Source of the DNA: Psammoneis japonica
Taxonomy: Eukaryota
Direction: 5' to 3'
DNA length: 64,000 nt
Assembly (NCBI GenBank): GCA_008632985.1
Contig: QPGO01000048.1
Location: 434,001-498,000 of the forward strand
Both the position numbers and the translations under genes were made by a program. The notes under the pieces are model-generated. The model did not search any database, was not told the DNA's origin, and saw only the letters and a program-made list of their open reading frames with translations. Positions 23,349 through 36,128 of this stretch are shown in pieces. Position 1 is the first letter of the stretch, and each line of letters opens with the position of its first letter.

Positions 23349-23835
23349 AGTGATTGGGACCTGCTTTTCTTCATTGTGAATTCCAAGCTGCATTTGTCAA
23401 AGTATTCTTCTCATTAAATAGAATAGAGTGTTGTATAACGTGTTAATCGTCTGTTGTTTGACTGGTCCCGGAGAAGCAGCGCAAGTCGAAACCGCAACAG
23501 TCATTTGTGACTTCAATGCGGACTCTGTTCGTCTTGAGCGCGACGACCGCACTCGTAAACATAAAAGAAACAACTGCTTCCAGCAGTAGTAGGTTTCAAA
23601 GATGAGCGACACCTGTCAGCGCTTTGCGTCCCTTGGACGAGCACATCATGTCGGAGTTTTATGCCTGGATTGCTCCATTGCCAGACATATTGCCGACCAA
23701 GGTTGTTACTGATAAGGCAAACCGCCCGAAGCTCGGGTTCTCTATTTCACTTTCGAGGGAACAACCAGCACGATTTCATCTTTTTTATGATTTTGGACCT
23801 ATTATTGAAACGACAATGGCGATAACTCCTATCTA

Positions 23836-25005
23836 TTAGTTAGACATCGACAGTTTCTTTCTAAAGCTCCCTACAAAGAACAGAATGATCAAAGCCACAG
23901 TTCCACGCCAATGATCGAATTCGGCTCGTTCCATTAAAAGATGCAGGGCTTGCCGTGCCTTCTCGACAAGCTTTGTGAAAGAAGCGCGCCTCGGATCATG
24001 GGGCCTATTACCCATTTGTTCTGTCTCACCAATGTTTTGCTTGGCTACAAGAGCACCCAAAGCTCCAAGCGCAACACCCGCAAGGCTAGTTGCTGTAGCA
24101 CCCTGAACTAACCCCATTGTTACTCGCCGAGCAGTCGGACTGAACCTAAGCTGCATGGTCAGTGCCGCCGAAGCTGCTATACCAATACATTTCACGTAAC
24201 TCGCAGGGAGTGCATAGCATACATTCTTGAATCTCTCGGTAATGATTTCTTTAACGATTGAAACCACAACCTGTTCTGGGGTAGCATCAATCGGTGGTGA
24301 TGTTATTGGCCGTTGTTCGACTCCGGAATGTGAGCGTGGCTGGGATTCTCCTCTCGAGGACGAAGACCGCGGTCTTTGAACGGCACGCGGCGTTTGGAGA
24401 GGTTCCTTCGCCGGAGTTTCTGTCTCATCATCTGAATCATTACTACTAGCATCGCATTCTCTTTCAACTTGGGGTGGTTGTTTCTTGCTTGTTGATGAGG
24501 TTGCGACTACAGGCTCGGCTCCCGTATTTGATTCTGCGTCTACATCGATTGTTGATGGTTCGTTCAACCAATTCTGAACCGATTCAGGTAATACACGAAC
24601 CACACCTCCCGGAGTCGTCAAAATGGCCTCGGCGTCGCTCTCGCTAGTCTCCAAGCAGGAGCCGACTAATCTCACGCGTTGCTCGTGATTTCCAAAATTG
24701 TACATTGTCGCCTGTCCCACTACGGTTGACATTGTACATGCAATTATCCCGTCTTTATCAAAGATCCACCGAAGGACATCATCGAGTACAATAGATTGAG
24801 AGTGTTTTCGCAACGACGAACGAATCCATTCCTTGACAACCGCGAAGCAGTCAAGCACTGACAACACAACGCCGAAAGATAGAATTGACAGTCTAATCCA
24901 AGTCTCCACAGACACCTGTCTCAGAGTCGGGTAGAAAAGAGCGACAAGCACCGCTATAATGAGAATTGGCCCTCTCATTAGCAGGAATGCATATGAGTTT
25001 GCCAT
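23836..25005 (-). CDS. Hypothetical membrane protein
   Basis: Uninterrupted 389-aa ATG ORF with several hydrophobic segments and a central low-complexity linker. Confidence 0.75.
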   Translation of the reverse strand: MANSYAFLLMRGPILIIAVLVALFYPTLRQVSVETWIRLSILSFGVVLSVLDCFAVVKEWIRSSLRKHSQSIVLDDVLRWIFDKDGIIACTMSTVVGQATMYNFGNHEQRVRLVGSCLETSESDAEAILTTPGGVVRVLPESVQNWLNEPSTIDVDAESNTGAEPVVATSSTSKKQPPQVERECDASSNDSDDETETPAKEPLQTPRAVQRPRSSSSRGESQPRSHSGVEQRPITSPPIDATPEQVVVSIVKEIITERFKNVCYALPASYVKCIGIAASAALTMQLRFSPTARRVTMGLVQGATATSLAGVALGALGALVAKQNIGETEQMGNRPHDPRRASFTKLVEKARQALHLLMERAEFDHWRGTVALIILFFVGSFRKKLSMSN

Positions 25006-26423
25006 GATGTTGGTGCTACTAGAGTGTGACCTAACCCTCTACTGTATGGTCTCTTGCTCGTCGCTCGTGGTTAACAGGTTGGTTCCTGTCGCGGTGGTCG
25101 TCGCAGGTCGTCGTCTGCCATTTTCGGCTCCGTGAAAAAAGTGAGCGACGATGATGCCATGATAAAGTGCATGATGCATGCATTCCTGATGCATCTGTGA
25201 TGCATGATGCACTGCGAAGACTACGTGGTACATGTTTTACGAAGAACTCCGTACGTACAATGATTACTGAAGTCTATGCAACCCGAAATGTTATAATATG
25301 AGTTAGCCGGGGTAGGGCTAGTTGGTCGCGCACGTTTGGGTTCGATGCAGCCGTGCAACTAGCCATACCCTGCAGGAAGAGCTGTTGGTGGCGCGCGCGA
25401 ACAGAAGCAACAAAGTAAAGAACACGGCGTGGGTCAAAACGTTGTAAAATGACGCAACAACAAGCAGCGAGAAGAAACCCAACTTGACCCATGAATACAG
25501 CGCATACATATTGTCCAACCACTTCAATAGTATCTCGTATTCCCAGCTTGTAGATGAGGGGACGGCGTTCGCGTTTCTCGCCATGGTGTTGTTGTGAGTT
25601 CTCGTGTTGTTTGCGCGCGAAGAACACGGGATCTGTTTTGCTAATAGTAGATGTTTTACTATATAGAATATGTACATATTTTGAGAAGCGCTTCGGGGAA
25701 ACTCTGTTCGGACCGTTAAATAGAATTTTTTTTTATACAGATTCCAGAGTTCTTTCGGGGTGTTCTGTCAGACTTTTGAGTTGGTTTATATATATATATG
25801 AGGCATTAGCAAATTCAATGATATGTATTAGCCTCAGAGACCAACATAAATTTATGTTCCATGTAGACCGCGTAGATTGTGTACCGGCGGAAAATCCACC
25901 GCCTGTCAACTCATCAGTAGTAATTCTACGTATATTCTACTTACACCTCACACACGCACACACGCCTACACAGTCTAATAACCGCGCACACGTGCGCGAG
26001 ATAAACAACATACCGGTACGAATACAAACATTCTTGGTAGATGCGGTGACCTCTGGATATGTACTGTACTCTCACGTAGGACTCAGTACAAAAACAACGG
26101 TGAGCGGGTGACTCCTCCTCTCAGAAAAAAGACCGTGCTTCGTCGCGCTTCGCTCCTGAAATTTTTCTCAAACCGATCGTTGAGTTGCGTGGTTGTTGAG
26201 CCTTCATTGTGCTTCCATCGAGGGCTAAACAAACGCCGTGAGCAGCTGCATCGAACTCGAATAGGCATTGCCACAACCCGACGAAGTCATATCTATAGTG
26301 GCATCAACCGTGTTTGTCTTTCAGCCTTTGCAAATACAGTACAGGCAAAACATACCCAAAGATCCAGATTGGGTGATTCCGCTTTGTGACCCTTATAAGT
26401 AGAACATCACAACAGAAATCGAA

Positions 26424-28337
26424 ATGAGCAGTAACGTGAGAGCCGGTTCGCTGGCAGCACGCTTCCCCGTCTATCAAATCGACTTTGCTGCAGTTTGCAG
26501 TGGAAAGCGCATCGCATCGACAAAGCGACGTATCCGTGGTACGAAGCTACGTGACTTTCGATTTGCTCCAGCAGTATTATACCTTTTCCCTCACTATTTT
26601 CTGTTTCCGCGTCATGGTCATGGCAGGAAGTTTGGCTTTACCAATCCGGAGGCGATAGAAGCAGGCGAGACGGGAACATCGTGCCGTGGTGAGGAGCATG
26701 AGGTCACCATCATCTGGTCAGTAACTTCTGGAAAGCGCCAGATCCTCTGTGATGGGCAGGAGGTGCATTTTTCGACGAATCGAAGCGGTACGATTGAGTT
26801 TAGCTGGCCCATGCGTGGTGGTCATATGATCTCTGTTATTGCAAATGCGTCACCCCCGATGACAGCAAAGCCAGGGTTTCGGCAGTACGACTTGTTTGTT
26901 GATGGGCAATCCTTCTTTTCGATGCCAAAGGTTTATGAGCTTGGAATTAGGGGACCTAGTCCTTCTCATGCTCGCTCTCCAGGTGCGGATTACCATCAAC
27001 GGGCATTACCACCTGCTGATCAGGAAGACGCTGATTTGCAGCGGGCCATCAAAGAGTCGCTGGAGGAGTCAAGGAACCATTTTGCCAGGAATGCTGACAA
27101 CGGATATGCAAACCAACCTTCATATGTGAGCCAGCCTCCGCCCCCAGAACCTGTGGCCGCAGCTGCTGCCCCGCCTGCGTCGGATTTGCTTGACTTTAAC
27201 GCCTCAGCTCCTGCACCAACCCCTCCGGCGCTTCCGGCTGCAGTGCCGGCTCCTGTGGCAGCTCCTGCATATGATGCACAACCGGCTCCAAGTACTGCTC
27301 TTGTGCCTCAGCCAGTTGCCCCTGGATACCCAGGTGCACCGCCACCTCCTGCACACGATGCATACACGGTGGCGACTGCTCCACCGCCACAACCTGCTCC
27401 TGGATTTCCGTCTCCTTACGGAGCTGATGCCGCGTCTTTTGCCTCGGCTCCTCAGCCAGTACCTGCGGCTGACCCCCTCCTGCAGCCCGTTCAGCCCGTC
27501 CCGCCTGCTGATGATCCTTTCGCACCCAAGGCCCCAACGCACAATGACATTGCAAGCGCGGTATGTGTCTCTGGCTACGTCTTGTTGGTTTATTGCAATT
27601 TACCTGTCCCTCATCGTTTTTGATTTTCGTGTGACACTCAGATCCTTGGTGCATACGGTGGTGACTCCGTCCCGTCCCCTGGCGTTCCTGTCACTCCCGT
27701 TGCCCCGCAAGGAGCACCGCCTCAGGCCTACCAAACCCCGCAGCTTGAGAATGGACAGGGTCCCGAAGTCCCAGCACCTGCGGGTCCTCAGTTGAGCATG
27801 AACTCGCCTTACGAAGAAGAGAAGAAGACTGAACCGCTTAACGACGTTGATCGTGCTCTCAAGAATTTGGTTAACTTTGATGACATTAGCGCACCAGCGG
27901 AGCAAGAGATGTCTCTGACCATGAAACCAAAGGAAGAGAAAAAGACTAACCCTCATAAGAGTAAGCCTATTGCGCCCAAAGCCGTCTTTGGAGCTGCGAC
28001 TCTAGAGCAGATCAAGGACAAAGCGCCGCCGGTAAGTTTTATGGTTTGCTTTCTCTTCAATACAACGTGAGCAGTTTTTATTAACACCATTCTAATATTC
28101 TTGTGATAACAGGCGGCAACGAAGAACCCACAGGACATTATGAAGCCTCCTCCTCAGCTCTTTAGCCCAGACGCCGTCAATGCTGGAGCCCTGGTGGTTC
28201 ATGGCCAGGGCCCGCCTCCATTGCAGCCTCAAGGCTTTGGGTACGCAGCTCAAGCTGGTGGATATGGAATGCCGCAGATGCAGTATCAGCAGCAACCATA
28301 CAATGCACCACCTCAGTACGCCTACAACAACTACTGA
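26424..28337 (+). CDS. Uncharacterised Pro/Ala-rich protein with UIM motif (adaptor-like)
   Basis: YQIDF..TKRRIR(W)|KFGF..EEHEVTIIWSVTSGKR..RQYDLFVDG domain; UIM DQEDADLQRAIKESLEE. Introns about 26539-26626, 27561-27641, 28032-28113. Confidence 0.8.
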
Positions 28338-28759
28338 GTGCTTGTTGAGTTTTCACGGTACTTAAATCGTGTTCCTCTAGGCTTGTGTGGGACGACTGCT
28401 TCTGAGTAGATAAACTTGTTGTTAGTTACAGTTTATACTTTGAGGACTCGTCTCTCTAAAAGTAGCGCAGGTCATTCAGCTAGTCAGAAGTGCGCAGTTT
28501 GAAGCTGTCCAGTGAAGAATCCGAGGAATCATCTGCTCGATTCGATTGCCGTAGACTACCACGCACGCGTACGTACTTGCGTGGTGGAGGATTTTGATCT
28601 TGAGCTCGTTGTAGATTGTGTGGATCGCAGTCCTCGAGTCCGCATCAGCCGTTTCAAGTTTGGAGTTGTCAGACCAACAACCTGATGCGTCAAAGATCGA
28701 ATCGAGTGCCAAGATCGAAAAGAAGGTCAAGTTGCCAGACGAAATCATTGAAATTGGCG

Positions 28760-29587
28760 ATGAATTGCCTTATCTTTTATCTATCCATCGTTGGAATTTC
28801 TCTGTCTGTGCTCAGCGTAGCTAACGTGGAAGCATTCTCCCCGCACTTGCCTCCGCATGCGCAGCAAGTTGCATCCAAGCACGTGTGGGGTGTTTCCGAA
28901 CCCCATTTTAACACTTGGAGGCTGTTTGGTTCTAAGACAGATAGCGGCAGTGATGATGGTCTAAAGATAATTATTGCGGGAGCTCCAGCAAGTGGGAAGG
29001 GAACTCAGTGCGAAATAATCAAGGAAAAGTTCGGTGTTGTGCATCTCAGTACTGGTGACATGCTGCGGGCGGCGGTGGCGGCTGGGACAGAGGTTGGCAA
29101 GCAGGCAAAAGACTTTATGGATAGTGGAAAACTAGTGCCGGACGATGTTATTATTGGAGTTGTTAAGGACCGTTTGGATGAGGAGGATTGTAAGACGAAC
29201 GGTTGGCTCCTCGATGGCTTCCCTCGTACGCCAGCTCAAGCCCAGGCTCTAGAGGAGGCAGGAGTATCAGCTGACTGCTTTTTGTTTCTCAACGTGCCAG
29301 ATGATATTTTAGTCGAGCGTGTTGTGGGTCGCAGGACTGACCCAGAGACAGGCAAAATCTACCACATGAAATTTTCCCCGCCCGATGACGAGGAAGTGTT
29401 GGCACGCCTTGAACAAAGAAGTGACGACACGGAAGAGAAGGTGATGGTCCGTCTAGAACAGTTTCACGCAAACGTTGACGCTGTAAAAGGAAGCTACACT
29501 GACATTTCGGTTGATATCGATGGATCAAAGACGCCCGAAGAAGTTTCTAAGGCCATCAGTGAGGCAATAGCTAAGTTCGCCTCGTAG
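28760..29587 (+). CDS. adk: Adenylate kinase, probably plastid-targeted
   Basis: GAPASGKGTQ P-loop, HLSTGDMLR, GWLLDGFPRT, RSDD. Signal peptide followed by EAFSP. Confidence 0.96.
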   Translation: MNCLIFYLSIVGISLSVLSVANVEAFSPHLPPHAQQVASKHVWGVSEPHFNTWRLFGSKTDSGSDDGLKIIIAGAPASGKGTQCEIIKEKFGVVHLSTGDMLRAAVAAGTEVGKQAKDFMDSGKLVPDDVIIGVVKDRLDEEDCKTNGWLLDGFPRTPAQAQALEEAGVSADCFLFLNVPDDILVERVVGRRTDPETGKIYHMKFSPPDDEEVLARLEQRSDDTEEKVMVRLEQFHANVDAVKGSYTDISVDIDGSKTPEEVSKAISEAIAKFAS

Positions 29588-29837
29588 TTTGCTAGAGTCA
29601 AAATGTTGCTTCGTCCGCGTTCGCAGCCATACCGGTACCAGAAAGTCCCGCTACCACCTCAACCAAGTAGTCTAATCGAAATCAAAGAGAAGATTACCTA
29701 CATGTCGTTCTACTTTATCAATGAAAATTTGTACGTGTAAGGTAAAGAAAAGTCCATGCGAAAGTCAGCATGAAGATTGTGAAGGGGCACACTCAGCACA
29801 ACCACTTTCCTAATAGTTGAAACGTAAATGAATATTC

Positions 29838-30466
29838 TTAGCTTTCCATACCCTTGCTCAACGAAATCACCTCGTCAACTTCGATATGCTATGGCGCAAG
29901 ATAAACAATGTGAGATTGGAAAACGGAGTTCAGTCTTTCTTATTACAATAGCGCACCGTCGCTATTCTTACCGACAATTCACCCGCAAAATCATTTTCTT
30001 CGGTAAGGAAAAGCATGCAGTGACATTCATGTCGCTCTCTCATAGGGACGCACGGGCAATTCCAGTAGCCATCCTTTGCTTCCTTTTCTTTGTCTTCATA
30101 AAAGCGACATGGGCACAGCGGAGCCCCCAAAGATACCTTGTGCTCTGCCAGCCCTTTAATTACGACGGCGGGGATGGACAAGTCAGAACACAATTTCGTG
30201 CTCGAAATCTCCAGATACTTGTTAGAGAAAGCAGTCATGGCTTTTGTAGCTTTCTCTAATGCAACATCTCTTTCCTCGTTCGTCATACCATCATCGTTCG
30301 ACGACATTCTCAATCGATTCCGTCTAGATGCTACTATCGACATTTCTCTCCTCGACAGAGTCCATGCAGGAGCAAAAGCATTCGCGCCGGTACCGTAAAG
30401 GAAGATCTGTGCAAAAAGAGCTGCAGATATCGTTCGAAGACGAATCATACTGCGTCGTAAATACAT
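29838..30466 (-). CDS. ftrB: Ferredoxin-thioredoxin reductase catalytic subunit, plastid-targeted
   Basis: CPCR..WNCPCVPMRERHECHCMLFL Fe-S/active-site motifs; ANAFAP leader; intron 29889-29971; last exon HIEVDEVISLSKGMES*. Confidence 0.95.
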
Positions 30467-30859
30467 GGCCGTGAGATGAATAGAGAATAGATAAACTCGC
30501 TCAAGGTGATAGCTACCTGAAAGCTTTCGTAACTTACCCTGCACTCAAACAAAAATTCAAAATTAGTTCTACTTTCTCCAAAATAGCCAAATTGGAAAGC
30601 CTATGAGACAGGTCGAGTGAAGGCGGAGCACAAGCGTCAAGCCCAGCAACAGTGTGTCGAGCTTCGAAACAAGTGGTGTCGACAAGTGTCAGCCACGTCA
30701 CACACCGGCGCGGCAATACCCCTGATCAGCGATTGAACGAGAAAGATGTCGAGTTGTGTGCTTCCCTTCTACGCTATGTACTTCATCGTACTCTAGTTAG
30801 AGCTACTAGCTAGAGGGCGACCAAATTCTATACATGCTGTACCTGCTTGATGCTTTATT

Positions 30860-31220
30860 TTAACGACACTGCAGTCTTAATCCATGAGGTTGGGTTAGAA
30901 GATTTCTTTTACTGCGTCAAGACTCACCAGGCCTGAAACGTGTAGCCTGCGGCAGCAATCCATACCACCCAAGTGCATGGTCGCTCCATACCGGTCCAGA
31001 ACAACATGTTAAACCCGATATATTAGGTAGGCCCTATGAGACAGGCTCTAATACCTCTCTCTAGAGAGCGCTTCACTGTTCGTAATTCTCAACGCACTGC
31101 TTAGAACACTGAAGTCCTGATCCACGAGGTTGGGTTAGAAGATTCCATTTACTGCGTCAAGACTCGCCAGGAGTGTAGCCCGCGGCAGTAATCCACATAC
31201 AACTCAAGTGCATGGTCGCT
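30860..31220. repeat. Local direct duplication (about 125 bp, offset about 240) of the MBD4-like gene 3' end
   Basis: tcca(t/c)gaggttgggttagaagatt..tttactgcgtcaagactc..caagtgcatggtcgct at about 30861-30985 and 31101-31220. Confidence 0.88.
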
Positions 31221-32819
31221 TGGAGAAACCTGGTGACACTGCTGAACAAAGATTCGATAAGCATCATAGGCGTATTGGCCACAACTATAAAGGCTGAGGA
31301 CTTCTTTCCGTGTAAGAAGGAATTCCACAGGAGAAACTTCTATCCTCACGCATTGATTGGAGGATCGTTTCCTCAAGCCATCAGACTCTTTCGATCGAGA
31401 GTTCGCTGCTTCTTTCTGTTTGATAAGAGCTACGTACTCCATTGAAAAGCGGACAATAGCTTTTGAACGTCTATTGCAGATTCCCATGGTTCGAATGACG
31501 CTGGCAATTGCGGCTGGGGATGCAGCTGACGCACTCTTAGGGTCTGGCCATTCTTGTAGAAAGTCGTGCATGGCTGAATCTACCTGTACTCGACTTGTGC
31601 GGTTTAACATAATTGTAGACAACAGAAGGCGCCAGGGATCATCCGAAAAGAGTTCCTCGAGCAGTCCAAACGGAGACGCAGGAAACACATTTGCCCAGGG
31701 TCGCAGTAGAAAGTCTCTTGAACGTTCAGGACGTCCCCGCGCTTCATCTTCGCCAAGCGATTGATCAAGATTGAGTGGGGGCAAGCCGATAGCCAGTGAC
31801 CCATCAATTGCTTTTCCGGATGCACAGATCTCACTTTCTTGTGGAAACCGGCTTCGCACCAAAGGCGGTGTTGACGGCGGTCGCGGTCGTTTTCGACGAT
31901 TCTTCGTGCTGGGGACCAACCCTAGACTTTCCAGGGAGGATGATATACTTGAAAAAGTCTTTGAATAAACGATAAGATAAAATTTTGTTAGAACGTTCCG
32001 CCCTACGAGCCAAATGCGCCAAATTTGTTTCAAAACTCTTACGCTTTTAAACGGGTCGATGTATATGATTTGTGTTGCTTGACGAGAAGGCTTGAGAGAA
32101 CTTTCCTGCTCCATCAGATCCTTTTTGTCTGTCCAGAAGAAGAACAAGAAGGCGGAACCAAGAGACATTTCCACCTGGCCAAAACGTGTTCTAAATTGGC
32201 GTACGCGGAAGCTGATGTCTTGAGTTGAAGCTGAAAAAGAACAGTGTTGAACGTCATGATGTTTCAAGTTCACGCACCTGGTGATCGGCCAGTGATATCG
32301 TGAACGCGACTACGAAGCGCATGCCAGCCTCTCATAGCAGCAAAGGCACGGAGATAGCATCCGTTTCCGCATAAATGCCTAACAGTCCGATCGATGACTA
32401 TGTCGGCGTGTTCCAAGCAGGAGCATCCATATTCTTTGGGTGGAGCTGAATCTGCCCTTCTGGAGATCTTGAATTTTCTCGTCGTGTTCATATTCCATCA
32501 GGGTTTCCTTCTCTCTAATCTCGACATCGGACTCTTTTTTGAATTTCTCAGCAAAGACTGGACAATGTTTGAAGTGGCTTGCAGCTGCATTCATCAATTG
32601 CAAACGACAAGATCGATTTCCTCGTTCGGAACGGCAACATTCACGTGGACACGGCATTTTGATATCAGTTAGTGTTGAAATTAACGAGCCAGCACTAACG
32701 AAAGACCCATGTGCAGACGAAGGAGCTCTCACAAAATGCCGGCTACCATTCTGGCTCATATCAACGCGACTCCCTCGAATTTGTGATCGCACCTTCCGAA
32801 AGTATGGACTTTCTGACAT
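31149..32819 (-). CDS. MBD4: MBD4-like HhH-GPD DNA glycosylase (G:T/G:U mismatch); 5' exon structure uncertain
   Basis: SPFGLLEELFSDDPWRLLLSTIMLNRT, WPDP, LYSCGQYAYDAYRIF, DHALELYVD match the MBD4 catalytic domain. Probable first exon MSESPYFRK at 32819. Confidence 0.85.
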
Positions 32820-33206
32820 TTTGACGGCTCGATTACTGCTTCTATTACTATGCGCTTTTTATAAAGCACTACAGCATATCTTAATGATACGTGAGACGGA
32901 CCCCGTCGAAACACAGCTATGATATCTGAGGTGGTGCCTCGGTGCCGCACTCATCGTTGTGATGTGCACCTTTGTAAAATTTCATTTTGCGCCAAAAACG
33001 ATCTTGTGCTGTCCGTACGTCGATCGTCACGATGATTGAGCGTTTTTCGGACGAAGGTCAGTCGCAATAATGCACACCATTGAAAAATTCAAACAAAAGC
33101 ATCCAGCTTTGATATGCAACAAAGAGATTTCAAAGCAACCATCATCATTATTTCTTCGTTCAGTGTCGACAGACAAGAAGGCTCGCGTTGTTGCGTGAAA
33201 AAGAAA

Positions 33207-36128
33207 ATGGATTTTGGTTGGCGCTCGGTCAGGAATGGCATTCTGCCGCCGCCGCCACGCTCTGTGGGGGGCTCGCGTGCTTTCGAAAACGTCGGACAAC
33301 GGTTGCTAGCACTGGTACGATCGCTTGACAAGGCCGACGAAAGCACTACGCAGGAAATAGTGGAAGATATCTCTGAAGTTTTACTGAATATTATAGCGTT
33401 CTACTCTCGTCGAGGACTGCTTCAGGGTGATTTAGATGCGGCAGAGAAAGTGCTGGCGAATAACGCTGTGTTGTCATCGACAAACAGCGCAAGCGCGGGC
33501 CGACGAGAAAAGCGTTCTCGAAAGTCAGGAAGAAGGGGTGACAGCAAAGAAATAGATTTTATCACACAAGACTCAACTTTCAACAATGGAGAATCAACTT
33601 CCAACAACGGAGTCCAGGATGAATCTCTCGTGGTGTCGGCGATTGTAAGGATTCTTGATCAGCACGGGGAAGAAAAGGAAGAGTCGACTTCTACAGTCCA
33701 TCGCTTTCATTTAGTTGGCCTTGCAGCGCAGTTAATCTCTTCAATCACTGAACCTATAAAGTCAAGTCCGTCGAATTCCAGTTGTGCAGAAGCTGAGAAT
33801 GAAATCCTTGGCGCCAACAGTCGTGCTCTTCTCACTGGCCTTTCCAAGTCGATAGACACAATATTGAAATACATGGCACGGGATTCTTTGGAAATCAAGG
33901 GAAACTCTGGCGTAGTTCTATGTGATGGTAGAAGTAAAACAGTATCAACCGAGGAACCACGGCACGCTGGGCCTACAAATTATGCATTGCCGTGTTGCCT
34001 GCAGGCAGCCGCATTTCTTCTTGCGCTCTTCGGCACAAGTCTTTCGCGAAGTTCTGCATTGCTATCCAGCTTGAATCGCGCTGGATGGACGGCTCTTACG
34101 ATACCGAACGATGAGATACAGTGGTGCGCAGCCAGACTGCTCGGCTCAATCCCTCTTGCTGGTGGTGTTTCGAAGTCGACGCCAGCCGAAGCCTGGAATG
34201 CTTCCGTCGTTGAATCCGCTGCCGTTATATTCACACTTCTTGGCAACATTGCAATCTCCAAGGGAAAATCCAAGGAACCAACCAATGAAGAGTATTTATC
34301 CGAAGACCTACAAGTACTTCTTCCTACTTGGCTTGACCACATTCGTGCGTCCCTCAAACCGGAGCAGCGAGGAAAAGCCTTCTATTGCCTGCTCAGCGGA
34401 TGGGTGACGTACCTCGTTTCATTGCTTCGAAGAGATGGGTACGGTTCTCGCTCACATTCAGTTTTGATAACAACTCACCTGCCCGTAACATATTTGTTGG
34501 ACTTGACAGAGGCAATGGTCTCGTTCACGACAGCTTCGGAGAGCTTTTACTACGCGACGAAGAAGCGGCTTCGACAGGAAACAATCGCCGGTGGGTTGGT
34601 ATCTGCTCAAACGGTTGCGTTTGATATTGCTTCATTTGTTAAGTCTCTTGGCCATGATGTTTTTGATGCATTGTTGGCGGCAATGAGTGGGACAGCATTA
34701 TTGCCTCATGCTCGACGAGTCGCAAGAATTTCCTACGTCTCCCTATTCACCTCATGTTCTGGGCCGCTCCGTAGAGTTTTGGATCCAACAAGTTCTACAC
34801 AGCTTGATGGAAATAGAAGAAGATGGCTCCATAGTTCCATTCTGCTGCGCGTGAGAGCTGTAGAAACGTTCAAGGCTGTCGTTTCTGCGTGCGGATCCAA
34901 TGTCGTTGTTGCTTCGTCACCGCATCAAGGCGAGGACAAAACAAGAGCGAATGTTTGCTGTCAGGGCATATCTGTCGTCGCCGGGTGCCTTCTAGAACAA
35001 GTAATGTGGCACACGGCATCGGAAGAGATCGCTGACGATGATTGGGGGGCGTTCGATGAAAGACGAGAGCTAGTGTAAGTGGCCGCTATCTGGAGTGTGG
35101 GCAATACTCACCTTGAAACAGAGGTTTGCTAAACGACGTGCGACCGCCTTTTTACCTCATGTAGCGTGGCTGCAGCGGAGACACTTGCTGCATGCGTTGT
35201 AGTGTGTAGAGGCTTCATGCCAATTCCAACACGTCAACTTCTTGACTCTGTTGTATCGACTTGTCTTTCAATGCTCTGCGACAGACATACCAACCACTTG
35301 AGCTCGTTGAGCGACGTTCGTTCCTCCCTTTTGATTCTGGGTACAAAGTGCATCTACGCCAGTACTGCTGACGGAGCGCTGAGTTCCTTCACCGATACAT
35401 TACGTCAGGCTGCGCAAATGTATACACAAGATTCCAACCCAACTGTCACGACAGCCGCATACTCGGCGTTGTGTGTGTGCGACACAGTGGCAATGCCACG
35501 GGTTCCGCCCCTCTCTTTCACCGTGCGTTCGGAACTGGCTAGTGAAAGGAACAGTCAACCACACGAAGAAACCGCTTCGTCTCTGACGGAGCAACTGTTG
35601 GAGTTTCATCAGAAGCAGTCCATGAAGATCAAGACAGACTTAAAGGAACCACCGGCTCGAGAGGAATTGGACGCCGAGACGCCTGCCACACAAGAAAAGC
35701 GCAAACGCCGGAAGACAGAACCTCGTGGTAGTGAATCTAGCTCGACAACTCACCCAGAAATGATAGCAATGACGGCGAATGCCACTTCGACTCCACTCAT
35801 GGATGATTCAAGAACGGTCGATCGAAATCCGGAGCATACAGAGCACTCTAAAGCTGCTGACCACGCCGATGATGCCGACGACACTAGAATATGCGAAGAT
35901 TCAATGGCATTACTCTCTGGCACCGACGGAACTTTGAACTCTGTCGTGAAAGAAGCCTCTGGTGAAGCCGAGTCTTCCAAAGACAGCAGGGAAGTGCTTC
36001 TGAAGACTGATTCAGAAGCTACTGGTATGACGAAAGAGGTAGCTGAAGAAAAAGCTGACGGTGATAGCGACGATGAAAGCGATGTTCCAGATATTTTTGA
36101 CGGCGGGCCTGATGAAGATGACGTTTAA
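33207..36128 (+). CDS. PELP1: PELP1/Rix1-like pre-rRNA processing protein
   Basis: Long helical N-terminus; NUC202-like ALCVCDTVAMPRVPPL; acidic tail ending DVPDIFDGGPDEDDV; intron about 35075-35164. Confidence 0.7.
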
